Shown: positions 59,701 to 64,000 of the stretch, in pieces
Numbering within the stretch: position 1 is the first letter of the stretch
Layout of the letters: each line of letters begins with the position of its first letter
Position numbers and translations under genes: made by a program
Notes under the pieces: model-generated
The model's database searches: none
Seen by the model: only the letters and a program-made list of their open reading frames with translations
Told to the model about the DNA's origin: nothing
From: Scenedesmus sp. PABB004
Taxonomy: Eukaryota
Direction of reading: 5' to 3'
Assembly (NCBI GenBank): GCA_014905635.1
Contig: CM026547.1
Coordinates: 4,464,001 to 4,528,000 of the forward strand
Length of the DNA: 64,000 nt

Positions 59701-61445
59701 CCTCGCCCATCGCGGCCGCCCGCTGCTGCCGCGCTGCCGCGGCCGCGGCCGCCGCCGCCGCCGCCGCCTGGCCGGGCGGCGTCGGGCCGGCGCGGCCCGC
59801 CTGCAGCGGCTGCAGCGCGGCAGAGCGCCTTGCGCTGGGGCGCCGAGGGTCTGCGAGCGCGTCCTGCCGGCACGCTGCCTCCCACGAGGCGGGCGGCTGG
59901 CCCAACGCGCGGCGCTGCCGCAGCCACACTTGCCATGGCTGCGGCCTGGTTGCGTCGTCGCCCAGGTGCTGCCGCTTGGCGGACCCGCGCTGCTGCGCGT
60001 CGCCGTCGTCGCCGCTGCTGCTGCTGCTGCCGTCGCCGCTGTGCTGCTCCTCCTCCTCCATGCGCGGCCGCTTGCGCTCGCGCAGCCTGCCGGCGACTGC
60101 AAGGTCAGCCTGCGCGGCCGGCGCGCGCTGCCGCTCGCGCTCCGCAGCCTCGGCCGTCTCCTGCTGCCGCTTGAACACCAGGCTGCGCCGGCTCATCGGC
60201 GGCGCGGCCGGCGCGGCCGGCGCCTGGTGGTCGTCCACCTCCATGGGCGCCTCGGCCTCCTGGCTGCTGGACGCGTCGGCCTCCTCCGCCACCCAGCTGC
60301 GGCTGGCGCTGGCGCTGGTGCTGCTGGGGTCGCTGGGGTCGCTGCGCTCGCTGCCAGCCATGCCGCTGTCGCTGGACAGCGCGCCTGCCGCCGGGGCGCG
60401 GCTGCGCGCGCCCGCGAGCCTGGCCGCGGCCGCCGCCGTGCCCGCGCCGGCCGGCGGCTGCGGCCGCGGCCGCGGCTCCGGCCGCGGCTGCGGCTCCGGC
60501 TGCGGCTGCGGCCGCGGCTGCGGCTCCGGCGCCGACGCACCCTCGCCGTCGTCCTCGCTGCTGCTCACCTCCAACGCCTCGCGCAGGTACGGCGGCGTGT
60601 CTGGCAGCGAGTCAGAGCCGGAGGGCGCGAGCGCCGGCGGCCGCGACGGCGGCAACCCGCCGGGGCTGGACAGCCGCGCCGCCTCGGGCGCCAGCGCCGA
60701 CGCCATGGGCGTGCCCGGCGCGCCCGCCTCCTCGTCCTTGTCCGCGCCCGCCTCTAGCTCCTCCGCCGCCTCCGCCGCCGCGTTCGGCTGCCCGGGCGCG
60801 GCCGCCGGCGGCGGCGCCAGCGGAAGCGGCGGCGCCGGCGGCGGCGGCGGCGGCGCGAGCAGCGTCCACTGCCCCTTGGGCCGCTTGCGGGCGTCGGGCG
60901 CGTCGAGGCGCAGAGGCACGCGCGAGCTGTCCAGCCGGCCGTACAGCGCGGCCGACGGCCAGCCGTAGCTCACGTCGCGCAGCGCGGCGTCGACGACCCA
61001 CACACCGCGCTCGCGCGGGTGCGCATACGGCGCCCCCTGCAGGCACACGAGCGTCGCCGGCACGCGCCAGGCCTGCACCTTGCGGGTGAAGGCGTGCGCC
61101 AGGTTGCAGACCAGCTCGATCCGGGCGCCGGGCAGCAGCTGCGCCCGGGAAGGGTGGTCGCCCGGCAGCTGCTCGCTCGGCGCCGCCGCAGCCGGCGCCG
61201 CCGCAGCCGGCGCCGCCGCAGCCGGCGCCGCCGCAGCAGCCGGCGCCGCCGCAGCAGCCGGCGGCGCTGCAGCAGCAGTCTGCGGTGGAGGGACGTGGGA
61301 GACGGTCAGTTCGGCGCATGGGGCGCTGCGCTGCGCTCGCGCGCTCGCCGCTGCGCCGCGTGCGGGGCCGCGAGCGCGCCGCCGCTGCTCCGCGCACCGC
61401 CGCCGCCGGGCAGCCCATCTCCCAGCTCCCGCCCGCCTCCGACAT
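56791..61445 (-). CDS. AP2/ERF-domain protein with an additional N-terminal globular domain
   Basis: Spliced FEGVAFNP..EVPRVG|VLLLGRFSTAQAAAFAHDRAALGL..VLNLP resembles the AP2 consensus (YRGV..LGxFxTAEEAAxAYDRAA..LNFP); first exon MSEAGGSWEMG splices in frame. Confidence 0.7.
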
Positions 61446-61742
61446 GGCGCGCTACGGCCTCGTGCGCACGGCCGGCAGCATGCTGGCGCGAGAGCGAGAC
61501 AGCGCTCCGCGGCCTGCGAGCCCGAGGCGATTGCGAGGCGGTCGCTGGCGGGCCACGCGAAGCCACGAGCCGGTGTCGGGACGCTGTGGCGAGCGGCGGC
61601 GGCGTGCGGCCTGGGCGGCGCGCCGGGCGGTCGGTCGCGTCGTCGTTCTCTTGAGCCCTCGCCACGCCCTCCCCCAGCCTCCTGCAACAGTCCTGCAACA
61701 GGGGATACCGCACACCCCCACCAGCGCGGCCCGGCGCCCGCA

Positions 61743-64000
61743 TCACGCGCCGCGGCCGGCCATGCTGCCCGCGCCGCCCGCGCCGACGGCGGGCTCGCCG
61801 CCCGGCTCGTCGCCGCCGCCGCCGCCGCCGCCCGCGCCGAGGCGGTCGTACATGGCGTCGATGACGCCCCGGTACGCGTCGCGCGCGACGGGGCGCTTGA
61901 GCTTGAACGTCGGCGTGAGCAGCCCGTTCTCGACCGTGAACGGCTCCGGCACGAGCGTGACCGCGGCGACCTGCTCAAAGCCGCGCAGCTGCGCGGCGCG
62001 GCCCTCCTGCGCCATGCTGTGCATCACCGCCGCCACGACCGCGCGCTCGCGGCAGAGCGCGGGCATGTCCTGCGGCAGGTTGCGCTCGCGCGCCCAGGGC
62101 AGCAGCGTCTCGGGGTCGGGCACCGCCACCGCGACAAGCTGCGCCTTGAGGCTGTCGCCATACACAAACGCCTGCAGCACCAGCGGGCTCCTGCGCGCGG
62201 CACACCGCGACGCGCGGGGCGCGGCGTGGGCCGCCGGCGGCGGCGGGCGCGGCGCGGCGCCGCGCGCTGCGTCGCGCCCGCGTGCGCGCGCGTGCGTAGT
62301 GCTATGCCAGGCGCTGCGCACCGGGTGTAGACGTTTTCGATCTTCTCCGGCGCGATGTACTCGCCCTGCGCGAGCTTGAAGATGTTCTTCTTCCTGCGAG
62401 GCGCGCCGGGCGTGCGGGCCGGCGCGCGGGCGGCGCGCCGGGCGTGCGGGCCGACGCGTGGGCGGCGCGCCGGGCGTGCGGGCCGGCGCGCGGGCGGCGC
62501 GCCAGGCGTGCGGGCCGGCGCATGGGCGGCGCGCCGGGCGTGCGGGCCGACGCGGGGGCGGCGCGCCGGGCGTGCGGGCCGGCGCATGGGCGGCGCGCCG
62601 GGCGTGCGGGCCGGCGCGCGGGCGGCGCGCCGGGCGTGCGGGCCGACGCGCGGGCGGCGCGCCGGGCGTGCGGGCCGACGCGCGGGCGGCGCGCCGGGCG
62701 TGCGGGCCGACGCGTGGGCGGCGCGTGGGCGGCGCTCGGGCGAGCGCGCGCGTGGCACGCGGCGCCCACACGGGCACGCCCGGGTGTGCGGGCGCGCGGC
62801 GCGCGGCGGCGCGCGGCGGCCGCACCGGTCGATGATGCGCAGGCGGCCGCCCGGGAGCCACGTGCCGACGTCGCCGGTGTGCAGCCAGCCATCGGCGTCG
62901 AGCACCTCGGCCGTCTGCGCGGGGTCCTTGTAGTAGCCAGCAAACACCGTCGGCCCGCGCACGCACACCTCGCCGCTGCGCGCGCGGCGCGGCGCGTGTC
63001 GGCGCGCGGCGTCCCGGCGTCGCGTGCACAGCGTGCACAGCGTGCGCGCGTGCGGCGGCTGCCGCGCGGCCGCCGCACCGCGGGTGCGGGGCGTCGGAGG
63101 TGAGGTAGTGCATCTCGGGGATGTCCACGAGCTTCACCTCGCAGCAGGGCAGCGGCGCGCCGACGTGGCCGATCGTGGGGTCGTCGACGCGCGTGATGGT
63201 GATGGTGCAGGAGGTCTCGGTCATGCCGTAGCCCTCGAGCACGTGGCAGCCAAAGCAGACGCGCAGGAACATCATCACCTCCGCGCTGATCGGGCTCGCG
63301 CCTGTGGGCGCGGGCGGGGGCGTGAGCGCGCGGCGGCGCGGGCGTCGGCGGCGCGCGGCGAGCCGGCGCCTGCTCGAGGCGCTGCGCCCCGCCCTCTACT
63401 TCGACCCGCGCCGCCCCCCGACGCCGCTGCCGCCGCACCGGTGGTCATGTACTTGACCTGCCCGCCCACGCGCTCGCGGATCTTGCTGAACACCAGGCGG
63501 TCAAACAGCGGCCCCCAGCGCCCGCCGCTCATGTCGCCTGCGCGCCGCGGGCGCGCGCGACGACGCGGGCGTGGCTCGGCGCGCCGCGCCTGATCTGCTG
63601 CGCACAGCACGGCGCGGCGCGGTGGCACGGCGCGCAGCGCGCGCGCACCCCCGCCCGCGCGCGGCACGCACCCGCCTCCAGTGCGGCCTTTTTGTAGGCG
63701 TACGCGCGCTCGAACAGCGCGCGCTTGACGGGGTTTGCCTCGCGCATTGTGGCCATGACGCGGTCGTAGATGCGGTTCCACAGCCGCGGCACGCTCACAA
63801 AGATGTTGGGCTGCAGCGCCTGCGAGTGCGGCGGCGGCGCGCGGCGGCGCGTGCGGGCGCGCGGGCGCGCGGAGCGGCGTGGGCGCGGCGGCGCGACGGC
63901 GCCGCCGCGCTGCGCGGGCGAGCCGCCCGCCGCGGGCGCCGCCGCAGGCCCCGCCCCGCGCCGCAGGCCCCGCCGCGCCGCGCAGGCCCCGCACCAGCAC
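61743..64000 (-). CDS. Long-chain acyl-CoA synthetase (LACS6/7-like), 3' part only
   Basis: [89 protein letters not shown]. Confidence 0.95.
62400..62725. repeat. 32-bp GC-rich minisatellite, about 10 copies, in a LACS intron
   Basis: Unit GGCGCGCCGGGCGTGCGGGCCG(G/A)CGC(G/A)(C/T)GGGC starting at 62400, 62432, 62464 and onward. Confidence 0.9.

Noticed and set aside
62400..62725. CRISPR-like periodicity of the 32-bp repeat
   Set aside because: Contiguous tandem units with no unique spacers, no cas genes, and a eukaryotic intron context.
6201..64000. Lipid or peroxisome functional gene cluster (SAD-like, PXM16, BCKDH E2, PUX10, LACS)
   Set aside because: Interspersed with unrelated housekeeping genes over about 58 kb; compatible with chance.

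Overview
This is a gene-dense eukaryotic nuclear window with very high GC and many introns. Gene content (SBP, PPR-cyclin, plant-type EHD1, AP2, PXM16-like, PUX10-like) points to a chlorophyte green alga; Sphaeropleales is my inference. Most long six-frame ORFs are GC artefacts, so I rebuilt gene models by eye from conserved motifs and splice sites. About 20 genes are supported, in order: DnaJ-thioredoxin (ERdj3A/TMS1-like, partial), SBP transcription factor, stearoyl-ACP desaturase homolog lacking its diiron glutamates, M14 carboxypeptidase, 60-aa membrane microprotein, EHD1, small secreted orphan bracketed by a ~420-bp direct repeat, PPR-Smr-cyclin, SUD1/MARCH6, profilin, MSH2, insulinase/PXM16, BCKDH E2, orphan, HIRAN-BRCT protein, PUX10/FAF2, two convergent proteins with a possible Tudor-like domain (one with AP2), and LACS (partial). 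The most notable observations are the pseudo-desaturase, a candidate bicistronic microprotein-EHD1 transcript, frequent GC-AG introns, a double-hairpin transposon-excision-like footprint, a frameshift in MSH2, and palindromic GTTGCAAC motifs between convergent genes. No rRNA, tRNA, CRISPR or intact mobile element was recognised. All family calls come from motif recall, not database searches.
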